A program made the position numbers and the translations under genes. A model generated the notes under the pieces. The model had not been told where the DNA came from. It saw nothing but the letters and a program-made list of their open reading frames with translations, and made no database searches. From positions 32,001-96,000 of IMG/VR virus record IMGVR_UViG_3300037486_000582: DNA of 64,000 nt; one strand, written 5' to 3'. Below are positions 38,554 to 47,500 of this stretch, piece after piece; positions within the stretch are counted from its first letter, which is position 1, and every line of letters begins with the position of its first letter. Source of the DNA: a virus.

Positions 38554-39063
38554 CTACCGCGCGACTGTTCTGCTCGTGTCGGGCAGGTAGACCCGCGCCA
38601 GTTGCGTTTCACCTCGACGCTGTCGATTTGGCCGCGGACGGGTGACCGGATCGACTGTCGCTCCGGACATGCCCTGTCGGGTCAGCATCTCTCCGATGGC
38701 CTGTTGCTCTCGGTCGGTGAGCGGACGCGTCCTGCTCCCTCGGCCGACCGAATTGAGCTCGATCCGCCCGGTGTTCACGTCGCGGTTCACCTGGAGCCCT
38801 TGGTCGCGCAGCCCGGGGACGACGCTGATGGCGTCGACCAGAGCCCGCTCGGCTCGGCGCTGGCGCTGTTGCGGCGTCTCCGCATTCGCAGCCGCGACAT
38901 TCCGCTGCACGTCCGCGAGCCGTGGAGCCCCGCCGGGGATGAGCCCGGAGGCCTCGACCACCGTCGCCGTCTCGGCCGCGGCTGCTCCGCCGCCACCGCC
39001 GGCCGCGGCACCGCCAGCTCCACCACCGCCGCGACCGCCGCCTCCTCCGCCTCGACCGCCCAT
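38554..39063 (-). CDS. MGGRG-leader protein 3
   Basis: Same leader; SD AGGAGG; unique body. Confidence 0.75.
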   Translation of the reverse strand: MGGRGGGGGGRGGGGAGGAAAGGGGGAAAAETATVVEASGLIPGGAPRLADVQRNVAAANAETPQQRQRRAERALVDAISVVPGLRDQGLQVNRDVNTGRIELNSVGRGSRTRPLTDREQQAIGEMLTRQGMSGATVDPVTRPRPNRQRRGETQLARVYLPDTSRTVAR

Positions 39064-39084
39064 GACTTACCTCCTGCTCGCCCG

Positions 39085-39486
39085 CTACGGGGTCCGCTCA
39101 CCGGGGCGCAACCCGGCCTGCCTGATCCGCTCCTCGCTCGGTCTGACGCCGGACGGGAGCTGGCGCAGCTCGTTCACCGTGAGCCCCGACGGGAGCGTCC
39201 CTCGGCGGTTCATCGCGTCGGTCGCGTTCATCCCGACGCCCTGCCACGTAGCCGAACGCCAGTCGCCCCAGACACCCCGCGTGCTGATGCCCTCACCGAG
39301 CGCGCGCAGCTCCGGGTCCGAGAGCGTCTGCAGCCGGGCTGGCGAGAAGTCCCCAGCCGGGTCCGTTGACGCCGCTGCCTCGGCGAGCACCGCGGCTGCT
39401 CCGCCGCCGCCACCGCCGCCTCCTGCAGCAGCCCCACCGCCGCCTCCGCCTCCCCGGCCACCGCCGCCACCGCCGCGTCCGCCCAT
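39085..39486 (-). CDS. MGGRG-leader protein 2
   Basis: Same leader; SD AGGAGG; unique body. Confidence 0.75.
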   Translation of the reverse strand: MGGRGGGGGGRGGGGGGGAAAGGGGGGGGAAAVLAEAAASTDPAGDFSPARLQTLSDPELRALGEGISTRGVWGDWRSATWQGVGMNATDAMNRRGTLPSGLTVNELRQLPSGVRPSEERIRQAGLRPGERTP

Positions 39487-39495
39487 CGTCGCCTC

Positions 39496-39846
39496 CTAGT
39501 AGCTCCGCAGCGCGTCGCGGAGCTGCGGGTCCAAGTCACGGTTGTTGTGCCGAACTCCGTACATGAAGTTCCGGGCGTGGGCGGCCAACTCGGGCGGCGG
39601 GTTCGCGTCGAGGTACGTCCTGGTCGCACGGATCAGGTCGCGCCTGGCTTCGCCGTGGTCGCCCTTGTACCACCCGTTGAACGGCGTCATCCGGTCCATC
39701 CGGTCCATCGCGGTGATGGACTGCTGCAAGGATCGCCCGGCCGACGCGACGGCGGGCGGTACTGCAGCGGCTCCACCGCCGCCACCCGCGGCAGCCCCGC
39801 CACCGCCACCGCCACCGCCACCGCCTCCGCCACCACGTCCGCCCAT
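39496..39846 (-). CDS. MGGRG-leader protein 1
   Basis: Same leader; SD AGGAGG; starts 3 nt after DUF4417 stop. Confidence 0.75.
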   Translation of the reverse strand: MGGRGGGGGGGGGGGGGAAAGGGGGAAAVPPAVASAGRSLQQSITAMDRMDRMTPFNGWYKGDHGEARRDLIRATRTYLDANPPPELAAHARNFMYGVRHNNRDLDPQLRDALRSY

Positions 39847-39848
39847 GT

Positions 39849-40622
39849 TCAGCCTCCTGTCCCCGTTATTGCGTCGACCGGCTCCGCGTCTGCCTCGTCA
39901 TCGAACAGGCCGTCCAAGAGGCTCAACTGCCGCGTGTCCACGGGACCACGTTCCAGCCGCGAACGCATCTCGAGTATACCCTTGGGCGAGAAGCGAGCGA
40001 ATGACGAAAGGTCTGCCACGCCGAGGTCATCCCAGAGCTCCCCGTACACGAGGACCATGGATGGCTGAATCGTGTCGACCATCGCCCGGTACCCCTCGCA
40101 GAACCGACGTCGCACATCCTCCCCGACCCTGATACCTACCGTCGAAACGCAGACCGTCGAACGTCGCGCGATCCCGGCAAAGCAGAAGTCGAACGTACGC
40201 CAGTCGCCCCAGTTGACCGTGGGCACCACGACCGCCCCGCGAGCAGCCCAATAGGCGCCGAGCCACCGCGAGCGGTAGGTGTTCCAGAGCTGAAGCGCGG
40301 GCGGCCACTCGACGTACATGCTGAAGTCCGGCGTCAGCACGCCCTGCGCGCCAAGGACGTAGCGGTCGTACCTCCCGGGATTGTTCCAGACCGACTCGAA
40401 TCGGTAGTCGTCGAAGAAGAAGTGCCAACAGCCGCCAGCCACTTCGTCGTCGTCGAGCTTGTTCCGGTTCACCCACGGAAGCAGCACGTCCGGCACCCAA
40501 TCGACCGGGCCGGCGACATCTGGGAGGCCGAACCTGTTCGCGCTCCGATACAAGGACGTCGCGTGGAGCGGGTCCCAGTTGCCGGGGAGGCACTTCCAGT
40601 CCTTGACGTTCGGAATGCCCAT
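39849..40622 (-). CDS. DUF4417 family protein (start 40622 or 40649)
   Basis: HFFFDDYRFESVWNNP, VLTPDFSMY, QLWNTYRSRWLGAYW, VVPTVNW, FCFAGI, VSTVG. Confidence 0.85.
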   Translation of the reverse strand: MGIPNVKDWKCLPGNWDPLHATSLYRSANRFGLPDVAGPVDWVPDVLLPWVNRNKLDDDEVAGGCWHFFFDDYRFESVWNNPGRYDRYVLGAQGVLTPDFSMYVEWPPALQLWNTYRSRWLGAYWAARGAVVVPTVNWGDWRTFDFCFAGIARRSTVCVSTVGIRVGEDVRRRFCEGYRAMVDTIQPSMVLVYGELWDDLGVADLSSFARFSPKGILEMRSRLERGPVDTRQLSLLDGLFDDEADAEPVDAITGTGG

Positions 40623-41008
40623 GGCCTTCGTTTCTACCACGCCGGTCATTGAGCGTCTGCTCAATGACGTGGCCGTGACGTTGCTACCGCTGCTGGACGA
40701 CAAGCTCCCGGTGCTCCGCCGGCCGCATGAGCGCCTGGCCTCGGCGGACTTCATCGCCCTGTTCAGCGATGAAGATGCCGCTGCCATCCGGCTCGGAGAA
40801 CGTGGGCGCATTCGCGTTCACGGCGTCGGGCACACATCCTGTCGGATCACGGTGATGCTGCGCGGACAGCGCCGTATCGCGCTCCGCGCCGAGGTCGTGC
40901 GCGTTGCGCTCGTTGTCGGACTGGTCGAGATCGCCACGTCCTTCGGTTGGGACGTGGCGTACTCCGGTGGAATCGAGTCGGTGACGCGGATAAACGGGCT
41001 CGGGATGA

Positions 41009-42178
41009 TCAAGCACCGTCCGGCGGTGGCCCTTGGGGATCTTGAGGTACGGAACCCCGGCGCTCCAGCACCGCGGAGACGAAGGCCCACGGCGGGCAGT
41101 TGACGGCCTCGCTCCAGCCCACCGCCCGGGCAAGCCTGTCCCACTCGCGGTGCTCGTTGACCAGGGATGCCTCCTCGGTCCAGTCGTGGCCCCAGCCGAC
41201 CGTCCCGTCCATCGCATGAGACGGCCCGTCGACCCACAGGGCGCTTGCCGCAGCCAGCTCGGCCGGCCGGTCGACAAGCGTCACGTCCCAGTACGGGTCG
41301 CACCAGGCATCGCACCAGCGCGTTACGTCCTCGTCCAGCGTGGGCTCGACGCGCACGCGGACGGGCGGGTCCAGATGGAACTCGCGGAAGTCGTCGCCGA
41401 CGTATCCATAGACGGTGCGCGCAACCAGGATCTTCCCGACGTGGGCAGCGAACTCCGCGCGACAGAGCGCCTCGGCGCGCAGCCGCCCCGCCGCCTCCGG
41501 ACCGGGCGGACTGACGCGCTCCGCCGCAACGGGCTCCCCGAGCGGAGCAGCGCCGGCGACAGCCGCCTTGATGGCGATGGTGGCCTCGTCCGGTGTGTTC
41601 CAGCCGTCGGGGACAGCCGCCACGATTGCGTCGATCCAGCGACGGCGCGACCGTGCGAAGGCGGCGACCCGCTCGCGCAGCTCCAGAATGGTCGCGTTGG
41701 CGTCGGTCAGTGCATCTGGAAGTTCGGGGTGCTCGACGCGCGGTAGGCGCCCCATGATGCTCTGCGAGAGCCCGGACAACTCATCAGCGACCTGGTAGCA
41801 GGCCAGCGCGCGTTCCTCCGCCAACATGTCCACGACACGCGGAGCGCCTTCCTTGCGGAGCCGCTTCGCCTCAGCCTCGTGTCGGTCGCCGGCTGCGAGC
41901 ACGAGATCGACGACGCCTGGCGGCGGCCCGGCGAGCGCCGGGTTGGCGACGTCGGACTGGTCGGTTTCGCCCAGGTCGAGCTCGGCCTGGCGTTCGGCTT
42001 CCAAGTCCTCGCTGTTGTGCAGCGCCCCCAGGTCCGCACGCTCCCGCAGCAGCAGCACGGCTTCGTCGGCAAGCCCGACACCGAGCGCCGCTGCTCGTGG
42101 GGGCTCGGCCATCGACGAGTACCTGTTGAAGCTGTCTCCGAAGACGGCTGCCCAGACCTGACGTTCCAGCAAGTTCAT
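41009..42178 (-). CDS. Hypothetical protein
   Basis: MNLLERQVW.., SD GGAGG, ATGA overlap. Confidence 0.55.
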   Translation of the reverse strand: MNLLERQVWAAVFGDSFNRYSSMAEPPRAAALGVGLADEAVLLLRERADLGALHNSEDLEAERQAELDLGETDQSDVANPALAGPPPGVVDLVLAAGDRHEAEAKRLRKEGAPRVVDMLAEERALACYQVADELSGLSQSIMGRLPRVEHPELPDALTDANATILELRERVAAFARSRRRWIDAIVAAVPDGWNTPDEATIAIKAAVAGAAPLGEPVAAERVSPPGPEAAGRLRAEALCRAEFAAHVGKILVARTVYGYVGDDFREFHLDPPVRVRVEPTLDEDVTRWCDAWCDPYWDVTLVDRPAELAAASALWVDGPSHAMDGTVGWGHDWTEEASLVNEHREWDRLARAVGWSEAVNCPPWAFVSAVLERRGSVPQDPQGPPPDGA

Positions 42179-42951
42179 GGTGCCTCCACGCTCTCGGCGA
42201 ACTGTCGGATGATGTCCAAGATGCCACGCGAATCGAACCCGATCACGGAGCCCGCTTGGTTCGCTGCGATCTTGGCCAGGCTGACGTGGTCGATGGCAGA
42301 CTGACGACGGATCGTCTCCCAGAAGTCGTCCGCCGGGCCAACGTCGGCATCCAGCCACGCGGCAACCTGAAGTGGGAGCCCGCGGACGTAGATGTCGCGC
42401 GGCCACCCGAGCCCCGCGGCGGCGGTCATCGCCACCTGGATCGAGGTCGCCACCGGAGCCCCGTTGTCGACCACGGCGACCATCGGCCGCTCCCCGTCTT
42501 CGCGCTCCGCGTAGGGACGGCAGGCGTCCCGCCCATCGAAGACGATGTACGTCCTGCAGCTGGTCGGCCTGACGGCGTACACGGTGCAGCGGTTCTGTCG
42601 GTCGAGCAACGGGCACCGGCTCATGCGCTCGCTCTCCCGACCGACGAGCAGCGTACGCTCCTGCTTCTCGCCAGCTCGGCGCAGTGCGCGGCGAAAGGAA
42701 CGCGTCGCCCGACCGGCCGCGGTCAAGGCGCGAGCGACGGCCAGCGCCTCGACGAACGTCGTCAGGACTGGCTGGTAGCAGCAGTGCCCAAGCCCGCAGC
42801 CCGGACAAGCCGCCCGGCGCCCATCCACAAGCAGTCGCACTCCGGCCGCCTCGGACCAGCGGTCCGACGACCGCTTCACCATGGCGTCCACGTCGGACAG
42901 CCGTTGTCCGAAGAAGACGGCCTCGGCCGCAGCGTCGAGCGCCCTACCCAT
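42175..42951 (-). CDS. YkgJ-family cysteine-cluster (Zn/Fe-S) protein
   Basis: CPGCGLGHCCYQPV..CPLLDRQNRCTVYAVRPTSCRTY. Confidence 0.8.
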   Translation of the reverse strand: MGRALDAAAEAVFFGQRLSDVDAMVKRSSDRWSEAAGVRLLVDGRRAACPGCGLGHCCYQPVLTTFVEALAVARALTAAGRATRSFRRALRRAGEKQERTLLVGRESERMSRCPLLDRQNRCTVYAVRPTSCRTYIVFDGRDACRPYAEREDGERPMVAVVDNGAPVATSIQVAMTAAAGLGWPRDIYVRGLPLQVAAWLDADVGPADDFWETIRRQSAIDHVSLAKIAANQAGSVIGFDSRGILDIIRQFAESVEAP

Positions 42952-44226
42952 GCAACCTCCGCCGCCCCTCCAGCCAACGCCCGATGGCGCCGTACAGCTC
43001 GCGGACGTGGTCTTCGTGGAGCACGAGGCACGCTGCTCCCTCCGGCAGCACGACCTCGAACATCAGCCCGTCCGCGGCGTCCGGCCGGACGATGAGCCGC
43101 GACTCGTAGTGGAGGCCGGACCCGACCCCTTCCTTGGAGGTCAGCACGGCCGGCCCCGCTCCGCGTACAGCGACATGAGCAGCGCGATGCCCGAATCGCG
43201 GGACACCGTCATCCGGGCAGTCCACGGTGACAACCCCTGGGCCGGTCGAACCTCCCAGTGGTGCGGCCCCTCCAACAACCACCCGAGCCGTGTCGCCAGC
43301 GAACTGCCTGGAGCGACCCGCCTGGTCACCTCGTACTCGCCGCGAACGCGCTGACGGACGATGACCCTGGCGTCCTTCGCTGGGCAGCCGCCTTCCCAGT
43401 GGCCGAGCGCGTCCACGAAGGCGACCTTCTCCGCCGCGTAGTCCATCAGCGCCCCGTCTCGTGCCAGTAGGCGCAGCAGTTCTTCAGCTCGTCGACGGCG
43501 TCCATCGTGGTACGAGACGGCCGCAGCACGAGCGTCCGTCCCCAGGCGGACAGGAGCCACGTCGAGAGCGGGCGCGCGACCTCGATGCCCCAGCAGGACG
43601 GCAGCCAGTACCAGACGCGGTTTCGGCGCACCGAGAGGCGCGGCAGCGCCCGCGTCACCTCCCGACAGAACCGAACGACCCCTATCCGCCCCATGTAGCG
43701 TTCCTGCGTGGGCATCAGGCCACCCCCGTCGGGTGAGCAGCCCGTCCCCGCGCCTGCTGCGCCAGGAGCCGCATGGACTTCGCCTGCTCGCGGAGCGCCC
43801 GCGCGTTGCTCTCCAGGCGGTCAGCCTCGGCCTCGACGCCCGCTGCCTGGCGTTCCCAGGCTTCCGCGTCGCAGATCTCGTACCGCTGTCGCGCGTCGGC
43901 CATCACCGATCCGTTCATCGCGTCCTCCGTTCTGGTCATTGAGCGCCTGACGGGACCAGGCCTCCTGCAGTCGCGCTGTCCAAATTGGCTGGAATGGCAG
44001 CCGCGGTCAACGGCTGCTCGCACCGTCAGGCCAAGCCGGCGGTGGCGCGACCGGCCACGATCTTGATGACCAGACGCTCCAGCGCCTCCTTCAGCGACGC
44101 GTGCTGGCTCTCGAAATTGGCGTTCTTGCTGTAGGCGCGAACGGTCCACAGGCCGATCTTCCTGTGGGCGAACATCTCCGTGATCTCCAGCTCCCCGAAC
44201 GTCTCGTCCAAGCCATCCAAGTGCAT
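42944..44226 (-). other. Cluster of small hypothetical ORFs (42944..43147, 43141..43446, 43733..43918, 44026..44226)
   Basis: Closely packed minus-strand ORFs, several with SDs; no recognisable motifs. Confidence 0.45.
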
Positions 44227-44230
44227 CCCG

Positions 44231-44524
44231 CTACCCTACCCTCTCCCACCGCGCCCACGCGGTGCCGTCGAACGTCTCGAGGAACTGGAGCCCCATCACC
44301 ACGAATCCCTCCGGAACCCCGAACTCGGGGCCGGCCGTGATCCAGGTCACGCCCGCCCGGAGGGCCATCCCGGACATGCGGCTGTACTTCGGGATGAACT
44401 CCCACAGCTCGAGCAAGTCCCCGACGTGGAAACCGCGATCGTCCTTCCGCCACTCGTACGTCTTCAGCCCGTCCTTGATCGCCATGAACTCCCGAGGCCA
44501 GCACTTCAGGGTGTGGACCTTCAT
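44231..44524 (-). CDS. DUF3850 / ASCH-domain protein
   Basis: HTLKCWPREFMAIKDGLKTYEWRKDDRGFHVGDLLELWEF. Confidence 0.85.
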   Translation of the reverse strand: MKVHTLKCWPREFMAIKDGLKTYEWRKDDRGFHVGDLLELWEFIPKYSRMSGMALRAGVTWITAGPEFGVPEGFVVMGLQFLETFDGTAWARWERVG

Positions 44525-44587
44525 CAGAAGTCGACCTCCGCGTTCTCCACAATCGCCCGAAGGTCCGCGCCCGGCGGAACGGTAGCC

Positions 44588-47500
44588 TTAGCTCGCGTCA
44601 TCTTCATCCACAGCCTCCAAATCCCGGGCCGCAAACCAGAAGGCGATCGCGCCCACCTTGACGGAGTAGCGGATCGGCGCATAGCTGCGCTCGCCCATTG
44701 CCGGACTGTTCTGCTCCGGGCTGCAAACCTCCGCGACCTCCGCGACGACTTCAGATCCGCGCAGACGCACCCGCTCCCCGACCTTGAACGGGTTGCCCTT
44801 CGACCCGCGCCTACCCGGCATCGTCCCCTCCGTCGATCTCCGGCGCGAGCCACGCCTCCACCATGTCCAGTGCTTCACGCACCGTGTGCGCCGCAGCCGT
44901 TTGGGGCAAGGGCTGGTCGCCTTCGACACAACCACGGAGCCACCACCCGCGCTTGCCGCCGACCGCGCAGTATTCGATTCGTAGTTGCTCCGTCGTCGTC
45001 AACTTGAGCGCGCGGGCGAGTCGTTCTTCGCGGGCTATCACCGAGAGGTTCATTCGTCCGCCTCCGCAACGAGCAGCTCCGCGTACTCGTCGCCGTAGCA
45101 CTCGCGCACCGACTCGACGACTACGTCACGAAGGCAATCAGCCGGGGTGTCGCCCGCGTCGAAGCTCTCGCGCAGCGCCATGTCCTCCAAGTCGAACAGC
45201 TCCAGCGGAACGCGCGCCCGCACGAGCACGTCGACATCTTCCAGCCACTCGGCGAACGCCCGGTCGCCGTCGGCGTACTCCGTCGCCCGGCTCATGTGCC
45301 GACCCGCTCGAGCGCCCCCGGGTGAACATAGAGCGCCCCGGCGTCGTCACGGACAACGGCGTAGCCGTGTGGTTTGGAGAAGCGGTCGAGGACGAACCGC
45401 CGCCCGAGCACCGCCCGCGCCACCGCATCGACCGCGTAACGCACGATGACCTCGTCACCGGGCTTCAGCTTCCGCCACTTCTCGTCGCCCCTGTCCCGGG
45501 CGACCGCAGCCGACAACGGCGTCCGCGTGAGTTCTGCGCCCTGTGCCATCGAACCCTCCTTCACCCAAGCATCCGTTCCAGCCGAGCAGCGAGCACTTGC
45601 GCCCCTCCCAGCAGGCGCAGCTCCTCCCCAGCGTACTCCGTTCCAACGCGCTCCCCGCGGACCACAATCACGGCTATGCCGTGGATCGGCTTGTCGCTCG
45701 CCCGGACGCGTTCCGCCGCCGCCAACAGCAGCTCCGCCCACCCGTCGATGTCGGCTGGGCTGTCGCGAAGGACGTGGATGTTCGCCCCGCTCATTGCCCG
45801 GCCCGGCCCGGTGCCTGTCCAGCGAGGTTCCATCGCGTCTGCGCCTCGGGCGCGTCCGGAGTGGCCGCCCTGGACAGCGAGGTCTTCGTCATCTCCGCTT
45901 CCTGTGCCATGTTGCCTCCGCGCCCCGGGTCATTGCGCGCCCGGTGGGCGCGCGCAAGGAAGAAAGAAACCGTCGGCGACTCCTGTCACGGACGGAGCGT
46001 CAGCCGGATCACGCCCCACTCGCTCCGCTCCACATCGTTCAGCACCCACGCGGCATCGTTGAACCGTACCGGGAGCCCGATGTACGCCTGGAGGGCAGCC
46101 GTCGCCCAGAGCGTAACCTCGCTCGTGCGGCCCCCACGCCAGAGCAACAGAACGACCAGGAGGCCGGGAGCTTCGTCCGCGATCCGCATGAAGAGGACCG
46201 GAACCAGGTCGGCTCCGAGCCGCACCTCCGCCTCGGCAGCCACGGCGTCCGCTTGGGTTCTGGCACAGACGAGCAACGCACCGCCCTCGTCCACCACGAT
46301 GAGCGGTTTCGCCGGCGACCCCATCAGTTTGCTCCGAGCATCCAAACGAGCTCGAGCTCCAAAGTTCGATTCGCCTCCGTGGCGCCAAGCAGGAAGAGCC
46401 AACGGGAATCGGCGAGCACGGGATAGTGCATGAAGGCGCGGAGCGACAACGCGAGCCAACGCTCCGACACGTCACCATAGACCGACCGACATGTGCCGTC
46501 GCGGTCGCGGAAGGGGCGCGGAAGGCGGACGCCACGGATGGACGCCACGACGTCACCCCGTCCCCGCTCCTTCACGACGCGCCGGTAGGCTCCGACGGCC
46601 ATCGTGTCGACCTCGTACCGCAGCCCACCGAGCCGCGCCTCGGCTTCGGCCAACGTCGCTGCTCGGCGTGTGGCGGCAAGCGTGACGGCGCAGCCCCGCG
46701 TGTCGATGAAGACCACAGGGTCTAGACCCGCAACGGTATCGTTCACGGCAACGCCCATCAGCGCGGTCCCCTTCGCCCGGCGCGGTCACCCGGCGAACTG
46801 ACCGCCGTGGCCTCGCGCTGGGCGGCGTCCGACGTCCTGTTCTGGTCAACCGGAGGGAATGGTAGCTCGGCGAGCAGCCTGTCGTAGTTACAGCCGCCGG
46901 ACGAGCAGTAGACCGAGACGGCCTCCGGTCGGTAGAACCGAACACCGTCAATCTCAACGGAGCCGCTCGTCATCATCGCACCGACGACCTGGCCTCCGCA
47001 CACCGGACAGACCGGGTAAGGCGGACGCCGCATCCTGTCTGGCGTGCCCACGGTCACTCCTCCTCGGGCTCGTCGGCCAGGGCGGCGTCAACTACGTCAC
47101 GCACCGAGCGTCTGTAGCACCCGCCGGCATACCGCAGCGGTCTGATCTCAGAGCCCGTATCGCGCAGCCCGATCCAGCAGTCCTGAGTCTCTAGCCAGTC
47201 AACGCGGCGCGTGTCGGCCATGGTGGCAACGTCGGAGCTATCGAGCGCGGCGTCGATCAGTGCGACCACGTCGGCCACGTCACCGTCGTTCTTGAAGAGC
47301 CTCAAGCACGCGGCCCACGACGCGGAGCGCGCCTTCCACTGCACTACAGCAGCCTCGGCCTTCTCGGCGCGGGCGACGGCGGCGTCGCGCTCCGCGATCA
47401 GTTCGCGTGCGTGCCGCTCTATCGCCGTCGCAGGATCGGCGGGGTCGTCCCCGAGCATGCATTGGTTGTCGAGCGCCTCCAGCAGCGGCTCGTCGGCTCG

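Noticed and set aside
37552-39846. MGGRG leaders as a simple GGC microsatellite, a DGR or a shufflon
   Set aside because: Synonymous codons vary, each copy sits exactly at a start codon with an SD, and there is no reverse transcriptase, recombinase or inverted site nearby
37079-45800. Extra CAATGA motif copies at 37079 and 45789
   Set aside because: They lack the GC[T/G]C prefix and are explained by ordinary ATGA stop/start overlaps; not counted
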